From Octopus bimaculoides (taxonomy: Eukaryota), in contig NC_069004.1 in NCBI RefSeq assembly GCF_001194135.2, forward strand, positions 2,393,764 to 2,445,340: DNA of 51,577 nt. Direction: 5' to 3'. Of the stretch, positions 1 to 23,741 are shown in pieces. Position 1 is the stretch's first letter. Each line of letters opens with the position of its first letter. The position numbers were made by a program, and so were the translations under genes. The notes under the pieces are model-generated. The model had not been told where the DNA came from. It was given only the letters and a program-made list of their open reading frames with translations, and did no database searches.

Positions 1-283
1 ACACACACACACACACACACATAACAATTTACCTAGGTGTAAACTTCTCCTAAGGTGTATTAACTATCTGAAGAATTTTCTGGTTTATATTACCTATATC
101 ATTAACAATGTTATTCCAATAAGTAAACAAAAAATAAACATACAGTTTATTAATATATAAATATAAATAAGAAATGGAAAACAAAACAATAATTGTTTGT
201 ATAAAATAATTAAATTGAATGGAATTTATAATTGTTCAATTTATTGTTTTGTTTTCCATTTCTTATATATACATATATATACA

Positions 284-454
284 GGCACAGGAGTGGCTGT
301 ATGGTAAGTAACTTGTTTACCAACCACATGGTTCCGGGTTCAGTCCCACTGCGTGGCACCTTGGGCAAGTGTCTTCTACTATAGCCTCGGGCCGACCAAA
401 GCCTTGTGAGTGGATTTGGTAGACGGAAACTGAAAGAAGCCCATCGTATATATG

Positions 455-534
<80 letters not shown>

Positions 535-752
535 TGTTTGTGTGTTTGTGTGTATGCGTTTGTCCCCCCAACACCGCTTGACAACTGATGCTGGTGTGTT
601 TACGTCCCCGTAACTTAGCGGTTCGACAAAAAGAGACCGATAGAATAAGTACTAGGCTTACAAAAGAATAAGTCCTGAGGTCAATTTTATCAACTAAAGG
701 CGGTACTCCAGCATGGCCGCAGTCAAATGACTGAAACAAGTAAAAGAGAAAG
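284..752 (+). mobile_element. Full-length tRNA-derived SINE (family B) with CORE-like block and internal (TA)n/(TG)n
   Basis: A box TGGCTGTATGG, B box GGTTCAGTCCC (337-347), GCACCTTGGGCAAGT, tail ...CAGCATGGCCGCAGTCAAATGACTGAAACAAGTAAAAGAG. Fragments recur near 1155, 3360, 5130, 6620, 15690, 16340, 26620, 27885, 32170, 32320, 34300, 35640, 36500, 36620, 37380, 38520, 40140, 40995, 41740. Confidence 0.85.
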
Positions 753-1154
753 TATGTATATATATATGTACATACACACACATACACACGTATATATATA
801 TATATATACTCACATAAAATACATACAGTACACATACACACACACACACCTACACACACATATATTTATAACGTGCACACATAAACTTAAATGGAGAGTT
901 TATGTGTGGTTGGAAGTATACGTGACATGGCTGTATTCGTCTACCAAATCTAGTCTGATCTTTTCATGCACCTTTCTTCGGCAAATATTGATTGCCTGTG
1001 TCTGTTATTACAGCAATGTGGTTCTTCACTTCAAGCATTTATTGTGTGTGCAAACGGATAACCATGGATATATGGATTGATTCAGGATCGACTGACTGAT
1101 GAATGTTTATTGTGTATGCATACATGTGTATTTTTTGCCTTTTCGTCTTGTATT

Positions 1155-1470
1155 TGTTTCAGGCAATTAGACTGCGGCCATGCTGGGGCACCACCTTGAA
1201 GAATTTCCAATTGAATGGATCGACCCCAGTATTAATTTTTTTTTTCCTTTTTGAAACCCGGTGCTTATTTCTTCGGTCTCTTATGTCGATCTGCTAAGTT
1301 GCACGGATGTAACCATACCAACACCGGTTGTCAAGTGGTTGTGGGAGACAAACACAAACACAAAGCCACACACACACACACTCACATAAATATATATATA
1401 TATACACACACAATGGGCTTCTTTCAGTTTCTGTATGCCAAATCCATTCACAAAGCTTTGGTTGGCCCAA
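1155..1470 (-). mobile_element. SINE family B, 5'-truncated copy
   Basis: Reverse complement matches the 3' two-thirds of 284-752 (GACTGCGGCCATGCTGGGGCACC; GGGCTTCTTTCAGTTTC; AAATCCATTCACAAAGCTTTGGTTGGCCC). Confidence 0.8.
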
Positions 1471-2309
1471 AGGTAACAAGTAGCTCTGCATCATTACCCA
1501 ACATGCTGGAAATTACAGCCAAGTCTCCCTCAAATCACAGCCAACCATCTTAAAAAGAGGTGACATTGGATAAGGTAGTCTTAGATAAGTTTTGCCTAAA
1601 GAAGATGGAATGTTCATGGCTAGAATGGCTGCTCTATCAAAGCTGATCTGCGACTGAAAAACAACAATAATAACAACTGTAATGTTACATCGACCCCTAT
1701 GGAATTTGAACTCAGAACGTTGAGGGTCATAGCTGAATACTACAATGTGTTTTCTCTGGCATTCCACTACTTCTGTCACTTCATCTCCTTTGAATATAAA
1801 TATATCAGGAACCCTTTGACTAATGGGTCTGCTATCTTATCTGGTTGGCCCTGCTACAATTTCTAAAATAATGTAGATATATAAACGTTTAATAAGTATC
1901 TTAGAATGTAATTAAAGAATTTGATCTCTGCTTGAATTGGTAGCAGTGTGATGATTTTTGGTTTTGGTTTTGTTTTATTCTTTCTTGCAGTGCATGTGCA
2001 CAAGTGAACTGACGTCATTCTTCCCTAAAATATGATACCATATTGATCATATTGATTTCTCGAAAGCAGACAACTGATTGAATTTCAATGGAAACTGCCA
2101 TATATAATATTACTAATATTTTCAACATTATTATTATTGTTCTTTCTAACTCAAGTTTTGTTGGAACTCTTGGAGTCTTGCATGCATAACGGCCTTGCTG
2201 CCTGCTGCCTATCTGTTCTCTTCACCTATCTGATACTTCCTTGATTATTCTGGCCATGCCAAGGAGGCAAAGCTTTTGTAACAGTTCTACTGAGTACTCT
2301 ATTCCAAAT

Positions 2310-2405
2310 TATCATTATTATTATTATTATTATCATTATTATTATCATTATTATTATCATTATTATTATTATTATTATTATCATTATTATTATTATTATT
2401 ATTGT
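2310..2405. repeat. (TAT/CAT)n microsatellite
   Basis: Direct reading. Confidence 0.95.
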
Positions 2406-2407
2406 TG

Positions 2408-2768
2408 TTACCTCTGCCTTCACTAAGATGGAGGTATTGTTTTCAGTCGTGTTTGTTTGACCGTGGACAAGATATCTCAAGAACTGCTGGGTGGATTCGG
2501 ATGAAACTTTCAGGGATGTTTGGCCTTGTAACTGGCATGAAATGATTAGATTTTGGGATCAATCTAGTCCTGGACAAGGATTCTGGATTATTTTTCCTTG
2601 TTTATTACTAATTTTTGAGAGCGGTCAGGTTCACTTTTAATATTCTCGTTTGTGAGAGCAGTCGAGTTTATCTCAGATATTCTCATTTTAAAATTCAAAT
2701 CCGGCTAATTGTTGAGAGGATGTTGGTGTTACCTTGGCGGAGGTCTGCGCTCTCTGACTGCTCTTGTT
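2408..2768 (+). mobile_element. Non-autonomous Helentron-type (HINE/DINE-1-like) element
   Basis: Subterminal inverted repeats ACCTCTGCC (2410-2418) and GGCGGAGGT (2735-2743), a partial inverted copy GATGGAGGT at 2427-2435, and a 3' GC-rich segment CTGCGCTCTCTGACTGCTCTTGTT. Architecture recalled for HINEs. Confidence 0.55.
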
Positions 2769-3784
2769 ATCATTATTATTTGGTGAAAACTTTCAACTTA
2801 TTTTTGTTGGGTATGATGGAAAGTGTCAGCTGATCACAGCCAGCAGATTAAGGTGACACTTGTTCACTGGTCATGCTTCAAGAACCCTGCAGAGAACTCC
2901 AAGCAATGATGATTTTTGTAGGTATTCCATCTTTACATTTGTACCAATCTTTTTGAGCCATGAAACATCATGGTTGCAAAGCAAGCTTCTTAACTACCCA
3001 GCCACACCTGTGCTGTGGAGAGGGAATAATTAGAAATTCTGTATGGTGCACCCAGGTGTAAATGGTGGATATACAAGAGGTGTTGTGGGAGCAAAGGCTA
3101 GCTGACACAGAAGTTAGCATTGTGTTTGGCAGATCCTCAGCCATCAGCAATAGGGTCACATGTGGAATTGATACTTTCGAATGCCTGGAATGTAGTTTAG
3201 AAGTAATTAGTAGCTTTTGTTTACCTGGGTGACCTAATTAGCTGTGGAGGTGGGTCTTCCCATGCAGAGTAACCGGACCTGACCCCAGGTTGAAAAAAGT
3301 TCAGAGTGCCATTACCCCAGGTGTTAACAAAATTCCAGGACTTGTGCATACAGTACCAAATCCACTCTCAAAGCATTGGTTGGCTTGGGGGCTATAGTAG
3401 AAAACACCTGCCCAAGGTGCTGTGCAGTGGGACTGAACTCAAGGCCACATGGTTGGGAGGCTAGCTCTTTAACCACACAACCACACTTGCATCTATTATG
3501 AGTAATGTTGGCTCAGAATCCATAAATGCACTTTGTAATTCATAATTGTAATCAATACAGTGTTTGTAATCAAAGCAGTTTATTTATTACAGCAAAACAA
3601 AAAAAAAAGAAGAAAAATAGAAAGTAAAGAAGACTATCCAGAAAAAGTCAATATCTTTTTATATATAAAAATAACAAAACCAGGTTGGGAGATTATGTGT
3701 GAATGCATCACTGGATAGGAAGAAGTGTGGGGAAATAGAGAGAGGGTGAGAGAGAGAGGGAGAGATAAACATAACTAGATGCCC

Positions 3785-4125
3785 ACATAGATAGGTAGAT
3801 AGATACAGGTATATAAATAGATAGATTGATAGATAGATAGATAGATAGAGGTATATAAATAGATAGATAGATAGAGGTATATAAATAGATAGATAGATAG
3901 AGGTATATAAATAGATTGATAGATACAGGTATATAAATAGATAGATAGATAGATATAAATAGATAGATTGATAGATGTATATAAATAGCTAGATAGATAC
4001 AGGTATATAAATAGATAAATTGATAGAAAGATGGAAGAAAATAAATAGATAGATAGGTAGATGTATATCAATAGATAGGGGTGTATAAATATGTAGATAG
4101 ATCACTAGATACATACATACATACA
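3785..4125. repeat. Compound (AGAT)n repeat with a recurring GGTATATAAAT unit
   Basis: Direct reading; explains ORFs 3775-4071 and 3989-4171. Confidence 0.9.
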
Positions 4126-4710
4126 CACATACATATTTAGTGTGGGAGGTTGCTAATAAAAACTTCAACACTTTAATAATTGGACTGAATCATTAATCCA
4201 ATAACCATGAAATAACTCTGTGCAGTAAAATAACGACAACACTCGTTCTGTGTGAATAACTTCACGTTCAGGATTTTATTCCAACATGCGATAAATGAAT
4301 GTGTTCAGTGAGTATACAATGTTCAATAAAGATTTCTGGTGAAGAAGAAAGGTTTTGAACAACTTGCCATGTTCCATGGTGACTTTGACTAACTAGAAAT
4401 AAAGCAAGCTACGAGATTTACTTTCCACAAGCATTAGACGTAGAATACCATGGCGAGCTATTAGTAGGAAGTCAGGTATTGTGTGCATATGTGTATATGT
4501 AATAATATATTATGTGTGTGTGTGTGTATGTATATATCTATGTGTGTGCTTGTGTGTGTGTATATATATGTATAGATATTTATATATGTATGTATATATA
4601 TATATATTAATTCATAAAAGAGATTTAGCTGGAGTTTTTGGTAGTTTTTTTGAAGGTATCAGCACTTCAAGCATGCTGGAGGCAGGTCGTTTTCACCCTG
4701 TCTCCTTTGA

Positions 4711-4745
<35 letters not shown>

Positions 4746-7700
4746 GCATACAAATGTGTAGAGTAGGCAACCTTGAATATATACAAACAAACGCTGGCCT
4801 GGTTGTAAGAAACAGGAGCGATTGTTATTCATTCCCAAGATTAAATCTAACACTCTGCCGTATCAATCTTTCCTTCACTGTAAACAGACATCAATTTCCT
4901 GTCATTCCGGCAAATGCAATGAATATTAACGAATTGCATATTTTTTTGCTTCACTTAATTCTATTATTTTCGATACATATTTGATGTCATTATTGATGGC
5001 AAGGAAAACATTGGTTCATATAAAAATGCTACTGGGTCTTGTATTGTTGTCAGAGAACAGTTTTATTAAGAAAGACAAATCAATAAATACTGTGTGTGTG
5101 TGTGTGGATTGTATTTATTTGTGTATGTAGGTGCTGGTGTGGCTGTGTGCTAAGAAGTTTACTTTCCAATTCACATGGTTCTGGGTTTAGTCCTTACCGT
5201 GTGGCACCTTGGGCGAGTGTCTCCTTATTATAGCCTCAGGCTGACCAAAGCTTTGTGAATGGATTTTGTAGATGGAAACTGAAAGAAGTCTGTCATTATA
5301 TATGTATGTATATATATGTGTGTGTATGTATGTATCTGTGTATGTATGTATACATATGTATTTTTTTTTTTGTTTTTCCTTGAAACACCCAATGTTTTTT
5401 TTTTCTTTTTTATTCTAGGGGATAGATCCAAAATTAATGTCAGCATGTTCATCTTGTGTCTTAAGGTTCTGTGGAACACTTCACACATGTTGTTGATGAA
5501 TCTTACATGTTTGTTGCGTATTTGTTTAGACGACAAGGTTTTTGTGACCATCACCTCTTTTAAAGTCTTATATGTTTCAGATGTTCGAGAATGCATGCAA
5601 GCTGGTGCCATTCCAGCAGCTGTCAACATTTTCCTTTCGGTTACATGTCTGATGTGAACGAGAGATTCTAAATTCTTGAGAATTCTTCCAGTCGACGTTG
5701 GTGAAATCTGCACCAGTCTTAGCAGACGACAACTTACACTACATGTTTGCATGGTGAAACTTGCACTAATATTAGTAGATGCCTTATTATTATTATTATT
5801 ATTATTATTATTGCACTTGCTTGGCGAAATGCCCCAGTCTTATTTCATGACTTGTTATGCACTTGCAAAGGTGAAACTTGAGTTGGTTTTAGTTGATGAC
5901 CATTGTGGTAGTCTGAGTAGATCACATGTTATGCAAATGTAGAGTCGAAGCACTTCACCTTAACCACCTCTCATACTACAAAACTTAAAAGAATGTTATA
6001 TTCACAATTTTACAGCAATTTTACTAAAAAAAAATTTTTTTAAATAAGATATAAATGAATGGCAGGGAGTGAGGGATAACGAGTTTGAAGAAACGAATGC
6101 TGGTTGACACCAGCTAAAAATATTTAGTGAATTTCATAAATTTTGGATAAGTTTTTCTTCTCATATGAACGTATCTGAATTTACAAATTTTGGTAAGAGT
6201 TATGGAATTATGTATGAATCAGCAATGGAACCAGAATGTTGATTGACAGATTTGGTTGACTTATATGGCAGGACCTGTTCTTTAGCTTTAACGGTTTGTC
6301 TTTATCTTTAACAATATTTTAATTGCCTGCTGCTTTGTTTTCCCTATAGACTTATCTACAGTTACAAAAAAAAGAAAAAAAAAAAGATAGAAAGAAATTC
6401 TATCATGGTCTTAAGAGAATTATTGAGTGAAAACTTAATTCTGACGTCTGTCGTGTTAACATGTTGGCAAAAAATCATTTCCCTAGATAAAGCGCCATGC
6501 AAATTCCTCTGACATTATGTGAGTCTGTGCATGTGTGTCTGTTTAAATGAAGAAAATCCCTGGAGAAGCTTGAATTGCAAGCACTCGGTAGTTTTATGGT
6601 GCTGCTTCTTCTACATGGTTTGTTTATGTCTCTGTAACTTAGTTGTTCAGCAAAAGAGACCAATAGAATAAGTATTAGACTTAAAAATAAGTACTGAGGT
6701 TTGATGTATTTGGCTAAAACTTTTGAAGGCAGTGCCCCAGCATGGCCTCAGGCCAGTGACTGAAGTAAGTAAAAGATAAAAGATTTGATTATTCGTGTGT
6801 TTTTTATATTACACTGCCTTTATTTCTGTAAAAATGTGTTTGTATATATGGGTAGATATACGCATACGTCTGTATGTGTGTGTATTTCTATGGATGTATA
6901 TGTGAAGGAGAGGGAACTTTTGTTATTTCATTTTTAAAAAACCTTGTCCAGTTGTTTAGACAAATAATTGCAACTACTTCTACAAAAACAGATTTTCCAA
7001 AATGATTTTCGTTTTCAAATCAATGAATATCATTGATCAATTTAACGAACCGCCTTGCACAATGTAATCTTTTCATTTTTGCCATTTCTAATTTTAGATA
7101 TTGTTCTGGGGCAAAATTGTGTTAAAAATCTCACATTAAAAACAATTAATTTCAATCAGATTTAATAACTTCTCTTTCCTCCTCACCTTTTTCTCTTTCT
7201 TCCTTCCTTCCTTTCTTTTTTTCTTTCTTTCTTTTGTCTTAAATTGCAGTCCAAATGTTTTTTGTTTTAAATTTACAAAAATTTTAATCAATCCTTTTAT
7301 GAAAGATTTTTCTGAGATTTTGAATGGTTTCCATTTTTGATTTTCAATTTTTAAAATTCTTTAATGAAAGAACAAACTCGTTAGTTTTTTAAAATGCTTT
7401 TTGTGAAAACAATAATGGTATACGAGTTGTTGTTGAGTTTCTCCAATCAGCTTCACTTGGGCAAGAGCTAAATCACAGAGGTAATTGGACTGGATGTGAA
7501 GTGGCAGGCCACTTAATATACAGGCATACAAAATATAAACCAGCTACTTGGGTACCAACATTAAATAAGACAACTTCCATGCTGGGAATTGAATGTGGGC
7601 CACCTGGGTGAATTCCAAGATCTATTAAGTAGCTCTAATACAACCTCAGCAAGATTTGAACATAGAACCACTTCATTGCTCTCGTACCATTGTTGGGAAC

Positions 7701-7747
7701 TCAATGTGATTTGTATTGCTTTAATGATTCGTTTGCTCTTATTTCAG

Positions 7748-18640
<10,893 letters not shown>

Positions 18641-19049
18641 AAGTGGGGACTTGGTTGATTGATGTATGGCTATTTTAGAATTCTCTGGAGTGAAGTCTGG
18701 GCAATCACAACAACAACAACAACAACTACTACTATATTGATGGTGGGGGGAAGGAGGAGAGGACTATCACTTCTGTCCCTCTGTCCCCTCCTTGCCTTGC
18801 CGTTGGATTGCCATACACACATATTCTGTTGCAAACTTACCCAGGGCTCTGTAAAGCAGCCAGTTTTCTTATATTTGTTGTTGTTTTACTTTTTTTATCA
18901 TACCACTGGCAGAAGTCACATGTCCTTGTCCTAGCCAATAGACACAAGCCACCTAAAAACACCCACCACACCCCACCCCACATACACACCGTTTTCTTTG
19001 TTTTTTTAAAAAATATTTTTCATTATTATTTTTGTTGGTTTTATTAGTG

Positions 19050-19055
19050 AATAAA
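19050..19055 (+). terminator. Candidate poly(A) signal for TTC39C
   Basis: First AATAAA noticed, about 410 nt after the stop; usage unverified. Confidence 0.35.
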
Positions 19056-19326
19056 TGCCATCCCATCCTTTTCTCTCCTTCCCTCACTCTCTCTCATTAC
19101 ATACTCACATTATACACACACACACACACACATTCTGATGTTTTTTTCCCTTGTTTCACTTTTTACTACCATTCTAGTCACACCAAACATTGTTGCCTCT
19201 CGTTATTATAGAAGTTTGTTTTGTTTTATTTTATTTTTCTTGGGTCCCCTTTTACTTCAAAAATTATTTTTAATGCACATATGTGTGTTCAAGTATGTAT
19301 CTGTGAGTATTAATATACATACATAC

Positions 19327-19366
<40 letters not shown>

Positions 19367-20324
19367 CTGTTTGTATGGAGTTTTCTTTGTAGAGAGTGAT
19401 AGAACTTCACGTTTGACAGACAAGGTTTTTTTCTTTTTCACATCTACTTTGCACTGCGAAGGATCTGCTGTATAAGTTTTTGTCATCTGTCCATGATAAA
19501 TCCACATTTTTGATAGTCAAGCTCTTTGGTATAGACCAAGGGACTACAGAAGCCTTAAAACTCAAACGCAACCCGACCATGCTGATGTCTTTGATTCAAG
19601 AGGTTTTTATTTTTCTGCAATTTCACATCTTTTACTACTTCTCTTTTTTTATTTCTGATAGATTACCAAAACACTTGAGAGTTGAGGTGCCACTGGTAAT
19701 GGATTTTAAGGAGACACTGCTGCTCTTTGAAGAATATAATTCTCTTTGGCTTTAAAGTTACCTTTGGTTTTTGTTGCAATACTAGCTATTCCAGAAAACA
19801 GTTTACCGTAGTCAGTTGAAAGTATAGAAATCACTTCTGCTGGTTTCACATATTTTATCTTTCTTCACAAAGTAACATCTTTTGTTGGACATAGATTCCA
19901 ATTGAGTTGATTTTTATATTAGATTTAGCTTTTGATGCTCTCCTTTATAATTAACGATCTTATTCATAAGTAAATCCTATTTGCTTTTTGGTCTTTCTTC
20001 TTTCAGACTTGATATGTCACCTTATACAAGTCTTTTCACTCTCAGAGCTACCAGCTAAGCCCTTTTTACCTTGTCTGGTTTGCTTTTACTGTGCTGACCA
20101 CATTGTTTTTTTTGGGGGGGGGGGGTTGTAAACTTCCTTATTGAAGTTCCACCTTCTCCTCATTCTCTGGTACCTGATGAACCCTTCTTGGCAAGCAGTT
20201 ATGTTTGTCAGAAACATTTATAGTATTATTGTATTGAGCATCACTTTTTTTTTTCCAGAGTCTGAGCTTCTTTGAATTCATTTTATTTGCCCTCTTGAAC
20301 ATTATCATCTTTATTAGTCTGGGA

Positions 20325-20367
<43 letters not shown>

Positions 20368-20539
20368 GTTTTTAACCAAAGATTCCTTATCATTTTTCAC
20401 AAATCTCTTTTGAGATCAGATTGGTTCTGGATAAGATTTCTTCATGACATCACTTGCTGTATCTTCTTATACTTCAGTGTATCAGTGTATTGATCTAAAT
20501 GTTATAGATTGAATATTTAAAAGTTAGTCAGGAGAGTAG

Positions 20540-20950
20540 GAGCAGTTTCCATGACTTTTGCAGGCTCTCTGGAACCGGTGAGATTACTGCCATTGATGCT
20601 CAGCTTGAACATTTGAAGGTCAATATTTGCAGAGAAAAAACATGTAATTGTAAGAGGAATTACAGACAGTTGGTGTTCTGAAGAGAATGGACTGGACAAA
20701 ATGTTTTGTGCTAGGTCTGGCAGGGAAAACATAGTGAGGGTGATAGAAGATGGAGTCGGATAAGGCTGAGCAGAAAGCTATGCAAATAGCTACTTGACAA
20801 GAACAGAAGCTGTTGTAAGTAGTGGCAGATGATACAGTGGAGGGGAGCTTCACATCTGTGAAATAATGATTGTAGCATATTTGCTGAGAGATAATCAAAT
20901 ACTATGGAGGCCTAGCATTGTAGCAAGTTTGAAGGTGGTTTTGTTAGTTA
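20540..20950 (-). mobile_element. CR1/L2-group LINE ORF2 C-terminal fragment, degenerate
   Basis: Minus-strand frames give CYNHYF...HPHYVFPARPSTKHFVQSILFRT..CNS..ITCF...DLQMFKLSIN, resembling the HPY..R..F..SFF.RT..LWNSLP..F...YNL..FK..IN tail of CR1/L2-type LINEs. Contains stops and frameshifts. Confidence 0.6.
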
Positions 20951-21289
20951 TGTGTTGTTTCATGATTAGTAGATAGACTGATTATTGTTGATTATTTTTG
21001 ACATTCCATGATGAAATCTTATCTAGAACCAAATGAATTTATTGATCATTTCTACCAGTCTGCTGTACCAAACAATCAACCAACACAGGAGCAACCCATA
21101 CAAGAACCTATCAAGTTGTAACATGGGTTCAACAGATTACAAATTTAGAGTTTTATTCAGTGACTTACTCACTCCAAATTGTTTTGATGAACTAAAAAAA
21201 AAAAAAAAACATTAAATTTTTCATACAACAATAAAAACTATTTTGTTTTCTTTCCTTTTTTCTGTTTCGTTTTGTTTCGTTTGTTTTAA

Positions 21290-22260
21290 TGCCATTCTAT
21301 TGCAACAACTAACAAGAACACCGAAAGGTTTGCAGTGTAATGACTTGAATTCCTTGGAATATCTATAAAATTAAAAGTAACTTCATTAGCAACATTTCTT
21401 TGTACCAAATACAGCAAGAATACACAGACATTTCAACCATTATCTTGTATTAAATATAACAAGAGCACATGAACCAGAACTTTTTGCCATTATTTTCTGC
21501 TGCAAGGCCATTCAAATGTTTGCAGAGTAATGGCTGAAACTGCCTGAAACAATAATAAAGATAATAGTAACATTTTCTTGTTCCAAATATAAAAAAACAC
21601 ACGCATCTTTTACCAGTTTCTTGTATTAAACACTACAGAAATACATGAATTGAAACTTTTACCATTATCTTCTACCAAGTACTACAAGAATACACATACT
21701 TTTATTGCAATAACTAAAAACAATAGTAGTAACTATACGAGCAATGTTTTCTTGTACCTAAACCAAGAACAAAGACCATTTACCATTCTCTTGTGCTAAA
21801 CATTACAAGAACACAGTCACCTTTTACTATTCTCGTGTATGACAGTTAAAAAACAAACTTCAACTAGGACTTTTTACCATTGTCTTCAACAAAATGTTTT
21901 ACAAGATTACACCACAAAAACTTCTTTATTTTCTTTCGTTTTTACCATTCTGTTGCAACAACAAACACAAGAATACAGAAGCATTTTGCAGTGTAATGAC
22001 TGAAGTTCCTTAGAACAACAATAAAAATAATAGTTGTAACCATAACAGCAACATTTTCTTGTACCAAAAACAAGAACACAGATCTTTTATCATGATCTTG
22101 TATTAAACCCTGCAAGAACACAAGAGTTGGAACTTTTTGCCATTATTGTCTATTAAACACTTGAACACATCTTTTTACCATTACTTTGTATTAAATACTC
22201 CAGGAGCACCAAGAAATTTGCCCATTCTCTTGTATGAAATCTCACTGGAACACATACCTT
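21290..22260. repeat. Degenerate satellite of about 45-nt units, each with a TCTTGT...ACAAGA hairpin
   Basis: Recurring TTTTACCATT-(C/A)TCTTGTA-TTAAA-N-ACAAGAA-CAC, about 16 units. Blocks starting near 21293 and 21945 are a longer-range duplication. Confidence 0.8.
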
Positions 22261-22884
22261 TTGCGGTGTAATTGTTAAACATGTTCAGAATCTACTGAAA
22301 GAATTCCTCCATTCTTGCTGTCGTTCTCTTAATCCATGCTACACCATTCCACTTGCCTCTGGGTGGAATTAATAGATAATCTAACGAAACTGCTGCGGAT
22401 TTATTAATTAAATTTCATATACAACAATAACATGTTTTTTCTATTAACTTAACATACTGCTGTGAAAGAACATGGCATCGCCCTTAAGTTATTTGGACTC
22501 CCGATCATAGTCGTGGGTTCAATTTCTGCACTAGGCAGTGCGTTGTGCCTTTGGGCAAGGCATTTCATTTCACATGGATCTAGTCCACTTAGATGAAAAG
22601 AAAAAGAAACAAAATCCTGTAACTGCTGCAAAGTGGTGCCACACAGACTATTAAACCAAATTCTTGCTAAGATTCCAGTAGCACTCGATGGCTGCAGAAT
22701 AGTAGATAATGACTGGTGAATGTTAAAAAGAAAGAAGATAAATCAAAATATAATATGTAGCAGAACATGCAGGTTTTTCTGGGGTTGACTTGTTCTGCAA
22801 ATTTACAGAGCTTTATTGACAAACGCACTGCCTTTCCACTTCCCTAGCATTCACACAAAACGGTTTCAATATAGCTACTTCATA

Positions 22885-23024
22885 GATATATATTTACATA
22901 TATCTATGTGTGTACATATATATGTTTATATACACACATATGCATATACACACACATACATATAAATATATGCACACACACACACATGTATATATATGTA
23001 TATATATATACATATATATACATG

Positions 23025-23104
<80 letters not shown>

Positions 23105-23301
23105 CATATTTGTGTATATATATATACACATACATATTTGTATATATATGTTTATATATATATGAATCTATATGTTCACACACACGCATATATATATATT
23201 ATATTATTATTATTGTATACATATATATAATAATAGAAATAATATATACATACATATGTATAAATAAATGATAATATAAATTATATATATATATATATAC
23301 A

Positions 23302-23338
<37 letters not shown>

Positions 23339-23340
23339 GT
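22885..23340. repeat. Compound (TA)n/(CA)n microsatellite
   Basis: Direct reading; source of six spurious IYIY ORFs. Confidence 0.95.
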
Positions 23341-23564
23341 TTTTATGTCAAGTTATAATAAAAACAAATTTCACTTTGGATTGAGGAGTTATTCAATACT
23401 TTTTATAGAATGCATATTTTTTGTGCTTTTGTAAGAAGAGGAATTACTGCAATAATGTTAGCAGCCAAAATCTCAATTCCTAGTCACCCCTCTTCTTATC
23501 AAAGTATAATCAACATATATATCTATGTATAAATATATAAACCTATATATATATGTATATATAT

Positions 23565-23700
23565 ACATAATTAAGGGATCAGCAAACAGTTGCTTCACCA
23601 CATACCGAAGTTCAGAAATAGCAGCTAAAAACCTTTTTAGCTGCTATTTCTGAACTTCGGTATGTGGTGAAGCAACTGTTTACTGATCCCTTAATTATGT
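23565..23700. repeat. Near-perfect 136-bp palindrome (67-bp arms, 2-nt loop)
   Basis: Arms 23565-23631 and 23634-23700 are reverse complements with a single mismatch; loop CC. Confidence 0.95.
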
Positions 23701-23741
23701 TTATAAATGTATAAGAACTTTTAAATAAGTTCTCCACCGAT

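Noticed and set aside
210-1080. ORFs rich in IYIY/THTH/VCVC (also 3775-4171, 4481-4984, 14153-14512, 22894-23271)
   Set aside because: Translations of (TA)n, (CA)n and (AGAT)n microsatellites.
7451-7480. Possible 30-nt TTC39C microexon (CAG/.../GTAATT)
   Set aside because: Contains TAA in the required phase and has no similarity to TTC39C.
21290-22260. CRISPR-like appearance (hairpin repeats with variable linkers)
   Set aside because: Repeats are too degenerate, linkers are related to each other and irregular, there are no cas genes, and the context is eukaryotic.
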